Assembly: GCA_038087875.1 (NCBI GenBank)
Contig: CM075985.1
Location: 25,234,001-25,298,000 of the forward strand
Direction: 5' to 3'
Source: Malacoraja senta
Lineage: Eukaryota
Length of the DNA stretch: 64,000 nt
Positions 1 through 14,100 of this stretch are shown one piece after another. Numbering within the stretch: the stretch's first letter is position 1; every line of letters begins with the position of its first letter. A program made the translations under genes and the position numbers. A model generated the notes under the pieces. The model was not told the DNA's origin and searched no databases. It saw only the letters and a program-made list of their open reading frames with translations.

Positions 1-1827
1 GGTTGGGTGTTCTCCTTGCCCCTCACCACTATAGTTTATCCTTTGTCTATCTTAACATTTCCACCAGGAATTTCATTGCTACAACAGAAAAGCAGTGATT
101 TGACTCCCATACCCCCTCCCTGTTTCCCTTGCTGGTTCAACATGATCTGTGGAAGTGAATGCATGAAGCCTACATATCTCACTTCAGGAAAATTGTTGTC
201 ACTCAGTCTTTACCTGTTTATCTCAACTTTAGCATATAGATGGACTTTTTTATTCATGGAAACCAGTAATTAGTCTGAAAACAATCCAAATGTATTCATG
301 AGGTTATTTTTAGTTGAGCATCCTCTTAATACCCGTTTGCATTCTTTTCTCAAAATAATCTGCAGGATCTATTTCCTTGGGAGGTTCCTGCAGGAGACTT
401 TCAATCCGTTGTGTGCATTATGTCCAATTGTATTTTGATTACGTGGTTATGCAACTTTGCATGATACGTCGACATACTTTGTGTAAAGAAACACTGGGTA
501 AATTTTGCAGCCCCTTCTTCCTCATTTCGGTGCCAGGCTGAAATTGAGATATTTAGTTCCCTAACTTCTCAGTGTTCAGGAATTATCCAGCTTTCAACAG
601 AGACTCAAAAAGCTGAATGTCAATATTGACTGTTTTTATTTTAAGAGATTGGTAAGTTGTTACCGTGAGGTGAAGACAAAGGAGAAGTGGAAGCCAGGGC
701 TTATTCTCCATCCACAAAAACTGCAGAATCAGAAAACAGGTTGAATTACACCCATATTAACAGAAAAATGTCCCACTTTATTCTTGAAACTGAATTTAAA
801 ACACCTCGTTTAAACTAGTACCCATAAACTAAAACCATAACCTGGGCCAACCCTGAAGGTCTCACAAACTATTACTGTGACAATTTGCCAAATCATCTGT
901 TAATTCAGAATGGTATTTAATATTGTAGTATGCAAACTTTTTTCAAGAGTGGGAGATAGAACTATGAATGCAAATGAGAACTAGTCTTCATCAACTATTT
1001 TGAACTACAAGCAGTAAGCAGTTTGAAATTAAAAACACAGCTGCCTAAAAAGGTGTCACTGTTTGTGGAGAGCTGAGTACTGACCCACAGCAGAAGGCTA
1101 CCAAGGAGATGTGGTTTGTGGAATGATATATCCATGAGGCATTCTCAAAAGCAATGGTCAAATATAAGACAATGGGCCTATTAATTGGCCTACATCAAAC
1201 CAGGCATCATATGGCTTCAGCTAAGATACTTTGCACAATTGTGAAAGAGATCAAGGGAAATTTCCTCACTGGTTATTTGTCACCTAGAACCACACGATCA
1301 GAGCAATATTGTTCCATCAATTAATAATTGGGATATTTATGTACCCAGAAAGTCAGCCCTCACAACATTATTTTTAGATGCTTGAGGTTTCTGTCCTTTG
1401 AAGCTTTCAGTCAATTAATGTGAGGTCCTTTGTCTCAACAGTTATGTGGTCTTGCCAGTAAAGATGTTTTTCCTTTGTAAATACATAATTTGATGGAACC
1501 ATATGTAATCTGTTAGGTGTAAATATTTAATTTGTATTCAATCATCGGCTGCAAAGTTTGCTCTCAAAAAGTATCAAACCTTAATATGCTTTGAATTCTA
1601 CTGGGAAATTCTTCCAGGAGAAAGTGTTCCATGAGATCTTCTCTTGAATGCAGTGAATAAAGACTTATTACAGCTGCATCTCTACTCTCTGTGTCACGCA
1701 TATCCAATTCTAAACATTCAACCTTCCCACAACAGCCCTCTCATGCCTCTTACAATTCCTTTCCAGCTTTTAGCTGTTAAAAATAACTTTGTATTTGAAA
1801 ATAACATTGTTTCACAGAGGTGGTTGG

Positions 1828-2095
1828 TGGGAACAGTGGTGCAGTGGTAGAATTTTTGCCTTACAGCACCAGAGACCCAGGTTCAATCCTAATTACGGGC
1901 ACTGTCTGTATGGAGTCTCCCTGTGACTGCGTGGGATTCCTCTGGATGCTCGGGTTTCCTTCCACACTCCAAAAACAAACAGGTTTTTGGAGTGTGGAAA
2001 AATTGTAAAATTTTCCCTAGTGTGGGGTGTAAGGGGTAATTACTGGTCGGGCAGACTCAGTGGGCCGAAAGGCCTATTTCTGCATTGTACTTCTA
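1828..2095 (+). mobile_element. tRNA-derived SINE (HE1/V-SINE-like)
   Basis: A-box-like agtggtgcagtggtag and B-box-like ggttcaatcc, central ggtttccttccacactccaaa core, and a CR1-like tail gggccgaaaggcctatttctgcattgtac. Confidence 0.75.
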
Positions 2096-2759
2096 AAGTC
2101 TAAAGATTATTGAACCTTGTCTCTGAACAGTAGTTAGACACTCAGTAACCTATTGAAATCCATGTGAACTGAATTTACAAATCTATAATGGTATGTGCAG
2201 ATATGGTTAGTGTGACTTATGCACAGTCACCATCCCCGTAGATTGTTCAGGAAACAATGTCCCCCTTGTGTTTCAACTCATAGGAATCTATACAATGCAT
2301 ACTTATAATTTTGAAGTAGTTTAGAACTTTCCTGATCCTCCATTTGAAGTATGCTGAGTGATGGAGGTTTTCTTCCACGCCTGACATTTGAGTCCAGCCT
2401 AAATCTGTCCCGGTGGAGTAAAAACTGACCAAGCTTACAGAACAACACAACCCAGTGCTCCCTTAAAAATGTATTGAGACCGAGTAAAATAATAGATACA
2501 TTAAATACTTGTACAAACCAGATGTTTATGAATTACTGAAGATAATACAATTCAAAGTACTATAAATTGTTGTACAGATAACCCTTTGTACATATAGCCC
2601 ATTAAAGGTGAATGGTAACTATTATTGCCGATTTACTGAGTGATGGATTTGCTCAAACCACCTACTGCATGAGACAAGTTGTTTTAAAATACAACGTTCT
2701 TTTTAACAGCTACAAATGTATTTTTGTCACTGTGAGTTAAAAGTATCAAAGGGTGTTTG

Positions 2760-3297
2760 TTACAGTTTTGGACCTAATTTGAGGAAGGACATCCTTGCGA
2801 TTGAGGCAGTGCAGCGTAGGTTCACGAGATTGATCCCTGGGATGGCGGGACTGTCATATGAGGAAAGATTGAAAAGACTAGGCTTGTATTCACTGGAGTT
2901 TAGAAGGATGAGGGGGATCTTATAGAAACACATAAAATTATAAAAGGACTGGACAAGCTAGATGCAGGAAAAATGTTCCCAATATTGGGCGAATCCAGAA
3001 CCAGGGCACACAGTCTTAGAATAATGGGGAGGCCATTTAAGACTGAGGTGAGAAAAAATGTTTTCACCCAGAGAGTTGTGAATTTGTGGAATTCCCTGCC
3101 ACAGAGGCCAGTGGAGGCCAAATCACTGGATGGATTTAAGGGAGAGTTAGATAGAGCTCTAGGGGCTAGTGGAATCAAGGGATATGGGGAGAAGGCAGGC
3201 ACGGGTTATTGATTGGGGACGATCAGCCATGATCGCTGGCTCGAAGGGCCGAATGGCCTCCTCCTGCACCTATTTTCTATGTTTCTCTATGTTTCTA
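2760..3297 (+). mobile_element. CR1-clade LINE 3' fragment (end of ORF2 + 3' UTR)
   Basis: Translates to PNLRKDILAIEAVQRRFTRLIPGM...LYSLEFRRMRG and FTQRVVNLWNSLP; (tttctatg)-like tail. Confidence 0.92.
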
Positions 3298-3949
3298 ACG
3301 AGGGTAGACTGTACTCTAATTGGACGCCTGCACCTGCTTTAACTATTAAGTGTAATTAAAACATCCACTCATCTTTCAGATTCCACAGTGTGTCAACTCC
3401 ATTGAAAAGCATCTTTGAATTCTTTTGGTTACAGTGTTAGAACCTCAAATTTCTGTTCAATTTCCACTTCTTGTCCATTTCAAACAGCAGCTTATTTGTA
3501 AAATGGTAATAGACTCTGATGAAATTGAAAAGTAATTTAGGGGCAGCAAATAAACCACTGATTTGAACCACAGTCTGAGTGCTTTAACTATGACCCTTCC
3601 TTAAAGGGACCACCGCAGAACGCTTTTACAGATTCATTTCAAATTATATTTATGTGACGTTTGTCCAAATTTAGCAATAGATTGTGTATACCATAAAAAA
3701 TGTGGCACTAAACATTAGTATTTATTTTGTGCATGTTTTCCTGTTTATTTGGGATTTTGCCATAACATCGTATAACAAAGTAGCATGGGAAAGGTTAGGT
3801 TTAATGATTTATGTAAGTTAACATGTTTGATCCTGAAAAACCGGATAAATCTATTTCAAGTCTTCTCCTTTGTTCTTTTAATTTCCCTCCGTTAAGATAT
3901 TCACATTACTCAGAAGTATTGTTAAAGACAAATTTTTGTTATTAAAATA

Positions 3950-5120
3950 CTGGGTGGTATTGTCGATAACAAATATAGTTATCAGAAATTACAGCAGGAT
4001 GTTGATCAGTTTGGCAAATGAGCTGAGGAATGGTTAATGGAGTTTAATGCAGATAAGTGCAAGACATTACATTTCGGAAAGTCAAACCAGGGCAGGATGT
4101 TCACAGTGAATGGGCAATGTTGTAGAGCAGAGGGATCTATGAACATAGAACACAGAGCAGTACAGCACAGGAACAGGCCCTTCTGCCCACAATGTGTGTG
4201 CCATGCATGATACCTAGTTAAAATGATCTCATCTGCCGGTACATAATCCACATCCCTTTATTTCCCTTCACTTCTATATGCCTATCTAAAAGCCTCTTAA
4301 AAGTAACTATCGTATCTACCTCTACCACCACCCTTGGCAATGTGTTCCCCCGCCACTATTTGTTTAAAAATCTTGGCCCGCACATCTCCATTAAACTCTC
4401 CTCCTGTTGATGGGACTGGTAATCATACTTCAAGTCTCCCTCAACATCTGACGTTCCAGAGAAAACAATCCAAGTCTATTCAACTTCTTTCTTCAGCTGA
4501 AACCATTTAATCCATGCAACATTCTGGTAATCCTCCAATGCACCCTCCCAAAGCTTCCACATCTTTCCTGTAATGGGGTGGTGACCTGAACTGCATGCAA
4601 TAATCAAAATCTTATAGAGCTACATTATGACTTCCAGACTCTTATATTCAATGCCCCAAGCAATGAAGGCAAGCACACCATACTATAAGCAGTTCCTTGA
4701 AAGTGGCATCACAGGTAGATAGGGTGTACAAGAAGGCTTCATCAGTCAGGGTACTGAGTATACAAGTTGAAATGTACAAGATGTTGGTGAGGCCACATTT
4801 TCAGTATTGGGTACATTTTTGGGTCACTCTACTATAGTAAAGATATTGTTAAGCTTAATAGAATGCAGAGAAGATTGATGAGGATGTTGCCAGGACTTGA
4901 GGGCCTGAGCTCCCACACTTGAGGGCCCGAGTTCCCGCACTGAGGTCCTGGTTGTACTCACTGGGTTCTATTGGCCAGGTTATGTTTCACATGGATATGC
5001 AAGGAACGGAGGGATATTGATCTGTGCAGATAGATGAGATTATTTTATTTTAGCATCATGTTTGGCACAGACATTGTGGGCCAAAGGGCCAGTTCCTGAC
5101 CTGTATTATCTATATTCTAT
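3950..5120. mobile_element. Degraded plus-strand CR1 interrupted by a minus-strand CR1 3' fragment (~4140-4685)
   Basis: Plus-strand RT remnant (W..EFNADKCK.LHFGKSN) stops at ~4140 and resumes at ~4690. Between them is a reversed CR1 tail (acagcacaggaacaggcccttc...). Confidence 0.7.
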
Positions 5121-5266
5121 ATTGCTTACATGGCCACTTCAGAACTCCAGAACAGATCTCTATTTCTGATTTTGTCATGTGAGGAGACTACTAAGAGGAC
5201 AAAGGAAAATATTCAAGTATAAGCTCAAAATCTACTTGAAAGCAACTAACCCTTGAGAACAAAAAA

Positions 5267-5910
5267 AGACACAAATGTTTGGAGTAACTCAATGGGCCAG
5301 GCAGCATCTCTGGATAACTGTAGGTGATGTTTTGAGTCAGAACTCTTCTTCAGATTGATTATGTTGGTGGAGGGTAGAGAGGAGGGGCAGGACAATCCCA
5401 AGTAATAGGTGAGGGAGGTTTTAATAGACAAAGGCCAGAGGTGAAAAGAAAGAATGTGCGAGACAAAATGATTGCAGAGTTGCGAATTGTGATGCTAGAG
5501 AAAGAAATGTAAGTGGAGGGAGAGGGAAAGGGGAGAGATGGGCACTGGGGAGAGAGGGGAAAAAAGGGGGAGGACGATGGGGTCAGGGTTGGATTACCTA
5601 TCTAAAATTGGAGAATTCAGTGTTCATACATTGGGTTGTAAGCTACCCAAGCAGAATATGAGATGCTGTTCCTCCAATTTGCGTATGGCCTCATTGGCAA
5701 TAGAGGAGGCCCAGGACTCAAAGGTGAGTGTAGGAATAGGAGGAGGAGTTCAAATGGTTTGTAACCAAGAGATCCAGTAAGCCTTGATGGACAAAGCGCA
5801 AATGTTCGGCGAAACGGTCACCAAATCTATGCTTGGTCTTGCCGATTTACAGGAGGCCGCGTTGTGATCACTAGGTGCAGTATATGAGGTTAGAGGAGAT
5901 GCATATAAAT
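5267..5910 (-). mobile_element. Penelope-like element remnant (GIY-YIG endonuclease end + terminal repeat)
   Basis: Minus-strand degenerate translation IGKTKHRFGDRFAEHL...RKLEEQHLIFCLGSLQP...EFSNFR, followed by a ggagtaactca..ggcagcatctctgga-type terminal sequence. Confidence 0.7.
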
Positions 5911-6313
5911 ATGCATGTATGTGGGGACGCTCCGTCCACTAGAACTAAAATCTGTTACAAAAGCAGTCTCTAATTATGAGGGTTGACTGTAATACCCTTG
6001 AGGATGTTTCCAAGGCTGGAAAATTACAAATATGAGCAAGTTTGTTCAGACTCTTTGATTTTATTTATTAGTTTTGTGAGGTGAATTTTCTGGCAAATCC
6101 AGCAGTTCTTGCCCATCGCTAACTGCCTTTGATCAGTTGTGAATCACCTTCTTATACTGCTGCAGTATTTCTCTTGAACAAATCCTGTTGTGTTGGCATT
6201 TCCAGGATGTAAACATGTCAGATTCTAATTATTGCTGGAAATATGATCTCACGGAGGAAGTTATTCTTCCTGTCCATTTTATTACTCTTTTAATTGAACT
6301 CTTTCTTCTTTAG

Positions 6314-6742
6314 ATAGACTCGGCTTGTACTCGCTAGAATTTAGAAGATTGAGGGGGGATCTTATAGAAACTTACAAAATTCTTAAGGGGTTGGACAGGC
6401 TAGATGCAGGAAGATTGTTCTCGATGTTGCAGAAGTCCAGAACAATGGGTCACAGTTTAAGGATAAGTGGGAAGTCTTTTAGGACCGAGATGAGAAAAAC
6501 ATTTTTCACACAGAGAGTGGTGAATCTCTGGAATTCTCTGCCACAGAAGGTAGTTGAGGCCAGTTCATTGGCTATATTTAAGAGGGAGTTAGATGTGGCC
6601 CTTGTGGCTAAAGGGATCAGGTATGGAGAGAAGGCAGGCACGGGATACGGAGTTGGATGATCAGCCATGATCATATTGAATGGCGGTGCAGGCTCGAAGG
6701 GCCGAATGGCCTACTCCTGCACCTATTTTCTATGTTTCTATG
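6314..6742 (+). mobile_element. CR1-clade LINE 3' fragment
   Basis: LYSLEFRRLRGDLIETYKILKG...FFTQRVVNLWNSLP; tail ttttctatgtttctatg. Confidence 0.92.
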
Positions 6743-7174
6743 TTTATTGTACTTCTTAATTGCATACAGAACTTGTTTGCTAACTGTTATTTTTCACTTT
6801 GTCTCCACTATAACATTCTCTCCTGGACTGTATTTTTTATTCTTTCAGTCGTTTCTGAGTCCTGAGTTCAAGAAACACCAACAATCTCCATTCAGAGAAT
6901 GTAACCCATGTGTATTATAGTGCAGAAGAGATGTGTTTGTGTTTCTGGATGTCCATGCATTTTAAACCCAAATCATCTAAGATCTGTAAAGTCTAATGCT
7001 GAAAACAAATATCAGATACACTGAGACATCTATACATTTAGCATCTTTAAAATGCACACAGTTTTAGATCTAAAAATCCTCAGGAGTTTCTCAGAGGAGT
7101 TCTTCCCTGCCAGTGAAAGGAACATCCTTTAGTTTTCCTTCAGTCTTCAGTCAAATGATATGAATGGATACTGA

Positions 7175-7560
7175 AGTCATCATCGGCGGTCACTCGAAAC
7201 GAGTATGACTGTCTTCTCGGATGCCTGTGGATGACTTTGTTTAACGTGGGGTGACTTATGTCCTTGACACATTTGGGTCAGGATCCAGTGGCATGGAGTC
7301 CAAGATGACCGGGGACCCATTTCTGCTGCAGCCTTCATCCACCTTGCCAGACGTTATGATGCTCCACTAAAGTCAGTCATCATCCTCTGCCTGTTCCACC
7401 ATTGAGGTCTTGGTTGGAATGCTCTTTGTCAGGGACCCCCCCCTCGACCTTACCACCATGAGTGGCCCGACCAGTAGCATAGCTCCAGACGGCATTGCTC
7501 TCAGTATCTCAGGAACACACAAGCTTCTCCACCATGACAAGGTGACAATCCACGGAGATC
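7175..7560 (-). mobile_element. Probable RTE-related non-autonomous retroelement fragment
   Basis: Minus strand starts ...caccttgtcatggtggagaagcttgtgtg...ggagctatgc, resembling RTE/Expander 5' ends, and ends in gatgatga. Recognised by pattern only. Confidence 0.4.
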
Positions 7561-7780
7561 TACTGAAGTAGTGTATTTGAGAACCCGAGTAAACTTTCTG
7601 GTCTGTTAACTTCAATGGAGTGACCCAATTGAATGTAATAAACTGGAGATTTGGCACTTTTATCGGGACATGGAGTAGATGAATGTAAACTTTAAGAAAA
7701 TCACATTCTCCCCTCTATGCACATATGAATTTAAAATAATTAGATATTCACAACAAAAGCAGCGAATCATATGCAGATTT

Positions 7781-7786
7781 TTTATT
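7781..7786 (-). promoter_or_regulatory. Candidate polyadenylation signal (AATAAA) of the mucin
   Basis: Plus-strand tttatt about 190 nt downstream of the stop codon, in an AT-rich 3' UTR. Confidence 0.55.
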
Positions 7787-7972
7787 ATTTTTTTAGTTTT
7801 GCATTGAATGTTCATTTTGAGGAAAAATAAACTCGAAAGATATATTGTGAAAAGCCATGTAGTTAGGAATAAAAGACTTAGGATTTTTCAAACATCACCA
7901 AGTAATGTTTGCTTAAAATAAATCAAACAGAGGTTAACAAGTAAAAATTGGCATTCAGTTTAAAATTCCATT

Positions 7973-8141
7973 TCACGGTGCACTACTTTCACAAATAGAG
8001 CACTGACATGTTTTTGCAGAAATATATGAGTACAGTTTACTCAATCCATTTCCACACGCCAATGTTACTTCCTTTATTTCAGTCGTTTGTTCTTCGCAGC
8101 ACTCACAGTTGTGTTTCATTTGATCTATTGTGTAGTCAAAC
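7973..8141 (-). CDS. Mucin last coding exon: second half of the C-terminal cystine knot (CTCK)
   Basis: Acceptor ...cattttAG|G TTT GAC (phase 2). Encodes FDYTIDQMKHNCECCEEQTTEIKEVTLACGNGLSKLYSYISAKTCQCSICESSAP-TGA with CxCC and CxC cystine-knot motifs. Confidence 0.92.
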
Positions 8142-11100
8142 CTAAAATGTAAGAAGATCACAATGAAAATCAATCAATATCATATGGCATCTTATGCATT
8201 TTAATTACAACAAAATGCCGCAATTTGCAATGGTATCATGCTGCTGTGGGCCATAGCCTTCATGCATTGCCATAAAGAAGTAAGAACAAAGTAATTTTAA
8301 CAAACCAATGATGTATTTAAACACAATGTTCTGGACTCTCAAAGAAAAAGTATGAAAATAATTTAATCGGTATTAAGTTGTTAAGGTATTAAGTCTATTG
8401 ATCAAATAATATGAGTTTACACCATCACTGAGCCATTACTAGGCTAACAAACAATTTTTCATGACCTCTCTATCATTAATACAGGAGGGGTCGCAACTGC
8501 CTTTTCTCTTGCTAATTGATCGGTGGTTGATATGTGGCCAGATTGGTGAGTTTTGCCAGCTTCCTGGTTCTTGCTCCACCCTACCCCATCATGATTATGT
8601 TTTCTTCGGGAAGTGGTTGTGTGGAGCAATGTAAAATGGGGAAACGCACATTTTGTAGTAAACACCATCCCCGACCTTTCTCTGAGGTCGTATTATCTCA
8701 GTCTTTTTTTTGTTCTTTGATGCATTAAGGGCCTGTCCCACTTAGGCGATTTTTTAGGTGACTGCTGGCGACTGTCATAGTCATAGTCGCAGATAAAGCG
8801 GTGACTGGACCCCCCACGACAATGTTTACGACAACGTACCACCAAGTCGACATCAAGCTACGGCAAGCTACCGACAACCGGCGACCCATTAGGACGTCCA
8901 CCTACGACCACACCTACGACAACCTACGACAACCGAAGTCCACCCGCGACAAGCTACGACAAGCTACGTCCCTGTCGGCGACAACTGAGGACAATTCAGT
9001 TGCTGGTACCTGTCGCCGGTTGACGTAGGTTGACGTAGGTAGTCGCCAATGAAATTCACTGAAGTCAGTACCGGCGACAACCTACGTCACCTGGCAACAA
9101 CCTACAACAGCACCTACGTCAGGAGAAGTCGAGCTACGCTCATTGGCATCAAACCCACTGTCGCTGAAAAATTTGGAACATGTTGAAAATCCAGTGGTGA
9201 CCAGAAAGACACTACGACTCTTTGGGCGACTGAGGAGACTACTCACGACCATACAGGCGACAACCCGGCAACCATGTGGTAACAGCCTAGTCACCTGCAG
9301 TCGCCTAAAAAATAGCCTAAGTGGGACAGGCCCTTTATTCTATTTAACTATCACAAGATTCTTAAATTTACTTACATGGAAAATGAGTTGCAATTTCCTT
9401 GACATGAATTAAGTTCAACTGTTGCGGTACAGTTATCCTTAATGATTGTAAGCGATTTTGGTTGAACTTTACATCTTTTCACTGTTGGGGAAAAACATGG
9501 AAATTAGAGAATTCCACCATTTTATGTTATAGAAACATGTAATTAGAAATAGATTATCTATTTGATATTTATCTCATGACGGACAGACAGACAGACAGAC
9601 AGATGAGCTAACAGACAGAAGAGCTGAAAGAGACACAGGTTTACCTTATTAAAGTTATTGTCATGCGATACAGTAGATGAAGGCATAATGTTTACCTTTA
9701 CTACTATTAATCGAGCTTGGAGCAGAACTGAACAATGAAAGGCCTGTTCATAGATATTGATAGGCAAAATAATTTGTCATTGTTAGAATGGGAGTCTTTG
9801 TTAAAAATCTAGTAGGAATGTGCAAAGATCTGACTGTAGTAGGACAGAACTTCGGACTAATAATGTGTGCCACGAGCCCTGCTGCAACTCCGTGAAATAA
9901 ACTGTGAATCAGCTGCACCAGTTTTTTGTAAAATTGGTGTCAATGTTAATTCAGTGTTAAATGTTAAAGTAAGTACTTTTGAAGTTTGGTCCCTGTTGTG
10001 AAATCAGAAACACCTAACATAAGTATGAAGAGATTTAAGCAGGATAAACATTCTGCAGGGGAAATATATTTTTCATATAAATTGCAGTGCCCAAAATGTG
10101 ACTTCTTACCTGGCTCAGGGCAGTAATAGCAACAGTGACGGTCATCCCATACTTTCTCAACCTAAACGTATAGGAAAAATTAATTGTTATTTCCCATATT
10201 ATTTAACTATCAATCGTGATATGCTATCGTATTGTAAATATGTAATTTTGTGCAGGACCAGAGGACATAGGTTTAAGGTGAACGAGAGAAGGTTTAAAAG
10301 GAATCTGATTGTAACTTTTTCACAGAAAGGGGGGTGGATGTATGGAAGAAGCTGCCAGAGGAGGTAGTTGAGGCAGGGACTATCCCAACATTTAAGAAGC
10401 AGTTAGACAAGTACACGGATAGGACAGGTTTGGAGGGATATGGACCAAATGCTGGCAGTTGGGACGAGTGTAGCTGGGACATGGTGGCCGGTGTGGGCAG
10501 GTTGGGCCGAAGGGCCTGCTTCCACATTGTATCACTCTATGACTCTAATTACACACAATATCCAACCTTAGGCAATAATAATGCCACTCTAACCATAATT
10601 TTTTTAACATTTGTTTTAGAAGATAGCTATATGAATATTTATTCCAGTTAGAAACGCCAGAAATAGAAGCAAGGAATTGTTATTGGCACAATTTCACTTG
10701 GATAGCTAAATACTGGTTAGGCTGAATTTGTATGTCCCAACTTTTAGACATTTAACAACACTTTATTCTGTACTTCTTTTAGTTGGATCCTGGATTCGGC
10801 TGCCTATCTTAATCAACATGAAATTCTGACTACTTTTTAGAATTTTACTTCAGTTTTTTCTTTCCTTTGATTGGCATGTCATTTATCATATGCTCAGTAA
10901 TTTTAAGTAGATATTATGACTGATTTTTCACGTTAAAACAAGGTTGTCGAATTAAGTACTTTTTTTCTAACTAGTGTCAGTAGTAAATCTTCCCAAAAGA
11001 GGATTGATGCAGAAAATAACCGTGTTTCCAATCTCGCCAATGCAATTTTGCTGTAGTTTCAGTCAGCAGCCCATTGTGAACTTGAATGGCAGCTAATATC

Positions 11101-14100
11101 TTGACATGAATTGACATATGGCAGAATTTACATGAATTGCAGTGTTTGGAAACGAGAGGGGGCTATTTTACATACAAAATAGGTTGGCATTTGAAGGGGA
11201 CTTTATCAAATGTAGGTAGGGATTATGTTTGCCCTATTCTGACCCAATAAATTGGAGTAATTCCAATTTAAAAAAACAATCTTTAATAGGTCTGATAGTT
11301 TGTTTTTCACATTGATAGCATGGCAGATTTAAGGGGCTGTCCCACTGCGGCAACCTAATCCACGAGTTAAGAAGAGTGTCTTTGACCTTCAAGCTCGAGG
11401 GCACTCGCCTGGAAAACCTCGAGATGGATCGACCGACCGCACACACACACACACGCACACAAACATTTCGCAAAGGTGGGGGCCAGGGAAAGCGGGGGAG
11501 CGCTGTCTCAAATTCACACCCGCTATGAGAAAGACGGCTGCACAGTAACGGTAAGTAGAGAGCNNNNNNNNNNNNNNNNNNNNNNNNNNNNNNNNNNNNN
11601 NNNNNNNNNNNNNNNNNNNNNNNNNNNNNNNNNNNNNNNNNNNNNNNNNNNNNNNNNNNNNNNNNNNNNNNNNNNNNNNNNNNNNNNNNNNNNNNNNNNN
11701 NNNNNNAAAAGGAGTGGAGAAATTTTTAAGAAGTATAATAAAGTTTAGCGGGCATTTTACCTACCGGTCAATAGACAATAGACAATAGGTGCAGGAGTAG
11801 GCCATTCGGCCCTTTGAGCCAGCACTGCCATTCAATGTGATCATGGCTGATCATCCCCAATCAGTACCCCGTTCCTGCCTTCTCTCCATATCCCCTGACC
11901 ACTATTTTTAAGAGCCCTATCTAGCTCTCTCTTGAAAGCATCCAGAGAACCTGCCTCCACCGCCCTCTGAGGCAGAGAACTCCACAGACTCACCACTCTC
12001 TGTGAGAAAAAGTGTTTCCTCGTCTCCGTTCTAAATGGCTTACTCCTTATTCTTAAACTGTGGCCCCTGGTTCTGGACTCCCCCAACATCGGGAACATGT
12101 TTCCTGCCTCTAGCGTGTCCAAACACTTAACAATCTTATTAGTTTCAATGAGAGACCCTCTCATCCTTCTAAACTCCAGAGTGTACAAGCCCAGCTGCTC
12201 CATTCTCTCAGCATATGACAGTCCCGCCACCCCGGGAATTAACCTTATAAACCTACGCTGCACTCCCTCAATAGCAAGAATATCCGTCCTCAAATTAGGG
12301 GACCAAAACTGCACACAATACTCCAGGTGTGGTCTCACTAGGGCTCTGTACAACTGCAGAAGGACCTCTTTGCTCCTATATTCGATTCCTCTTGTTATAA
12401 AGACCAACATGCCAGTCGCTTTCTTCACTGCCTGCTCTACCTGCATGCTTACTTTCATATACTGATGTAAAAGGACCCCCAGATCCCGTTGTACTTCCCC
12501 TTTTCCCAACTTGACGCCATTTAGATAGTAATCTGCCTTCTTGTTTTTGCTACCAAAGTGGATAACCTCACATTTATCCACATTAAACTTCATCTGCCAT
12601 GCATCTGCCCACTCCCCCAACCTGTCCAAGTCACCCTGCATTCTCATAGCATCCTCCTCACAGTTCACACTGCCACCCAGCTTTGTGTCACCTGCAAATT
12701 TGTTAATGTTACTTTGAATCCCTTCATCCAAATCATTGATGTATATATTGTAAATAGTTGCGGTCCCAGCACCGAATCTTGCGGTACCCCACTAGTCACT
12801 GCCTGCCATTCTGAAAGGGACCCGTTAATCCCTACTCTTTGTTTCCTGTCTGTCAACCACTTCTCTATCCATGTCAGCACTCTACCCCCAATACCATGTG
12901 CCCTAATTTTGCCCACGAATCTCCTATTTGGGACCTTATCAAATGCTTTCTGAAAGTCCAGGTACACTACATCCACTGGCTCTCCCTTGTCCATTTTCCT
13001 AGTTACATCTTCAAAAAATTCCAGAAGATTAGTCAAGCATGATTTCCCCTTCGTAAATCCATGCTGACTCGGACCGATCCTGTTACTGCTATCCAAATGT
13101 TCGGCTATCTCATCTTTCATCGGTTTCCCTTGGACCTGAAAACTCCAATGAGCCAATCAAAATGCCCGGTCAGCAAAGGAGATTGCCTACGGCTGCCCTC
13201 GACTGCCTGTAACTAAATAGCTACCCAACTCCACTGCACTACGAGTTAAAAAGAACCATGCCCACCAAATTTTACGCGCGGAAAATTTTTCAACATGCTG
13301 AAAATCTTTCCGCGACCTAGCTGCGAGTATTTGGGAACTTCCCTCGAGCATGAAGGAGAGTTCCTGTGACCTCATAGTACCTCCTAGGACCCCATGTCGA
13401 CCATGCTGCGAGTCTGAGTCGAGGGCAAACTCGCCTGAACTCGCGGATTAGGTCGCCGCAGTGGGATAGTCCCTTTAGTTTAATTTCATGTCAAATCATG
13501 TATTTTGTTTTCACTGTTGGCTAAATTGAGATAGGCCAATACTATTTTACGCGTAACATAGCAAACAGAAAGTGTTTATTCCATTAGGCAAGTTAAAACC
13601 TTGGTCACTGAGGTGAAAAGACTGCATGGTAATTCTTATAAAGTTGTGACATAGAATTCTCATATAGACGAGGTTTAGCATTTCTTAGCCCCCTGCAAAG
13701 GCATGTTAAATGCTGGCTGTGTGGCTGGCCAATGACTGTCTTCACCCAAGGGCCTTGTTTTGGTATTTATTGGTGCCAAGGGCCACTGCTGAAACATGCC
13801 ACTCAATTAAAGGTGGTTGCCTTACATGATAATATCTTTCCCTTGCCCACTGAAGGAAGTAGTTGGGTCTTACATCACTGTTGGGTCCTTTGGGTTGTGG
13901 GAAAAGGAGAGCGTGAGAGTGGGAGCTATTTAGGGAAATGGTTAGCTGCCAGTTGTGTGATCGATGAGGAGGGCTGAGGTACAGGTCCCTGGGCTCATTG
14001 ATCATCTAAAGATGCCAGGAAGCCAGAGGACTCTGATTGCCAATTGGTAGGGTAGGTTTGGTCATGAGAAGATAGCAAACATGAAGGGTGGAGACAATAG

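Larger units (their letters stand above)
11332..13474. mobile_element. PIF/Harbinger-type non-autonomous element interrupted by a CR1 LINE and an assembly gap
   Basis: TIRs AGGGGCTGTCCCACTGCGGCAACCTAATCC ... GGATTAGGTCGCCGCAGTGGGATAGTCCCT with TTA on both flanks. Confidence 0.82.

Noticed and set aside
630-660. Possible plus-strand micro-exon (ttttattttaag|agattg|gtaagt)
   Set aside because: The splice-like motifs look good, but no partner exons or recognisable protein are visible; needs RNA-seq.
1828-1900. tRNA gene
   Set aside because: A/B-box-like sequence continues into a SINE core and LINE-like tail; no intact cloverleaf is evident.
2247-2450. Minus-strand 67-aa ORF as an exon of a neighbouring gene
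   Set aside because: No recognisable motif and no convincing linked exons.
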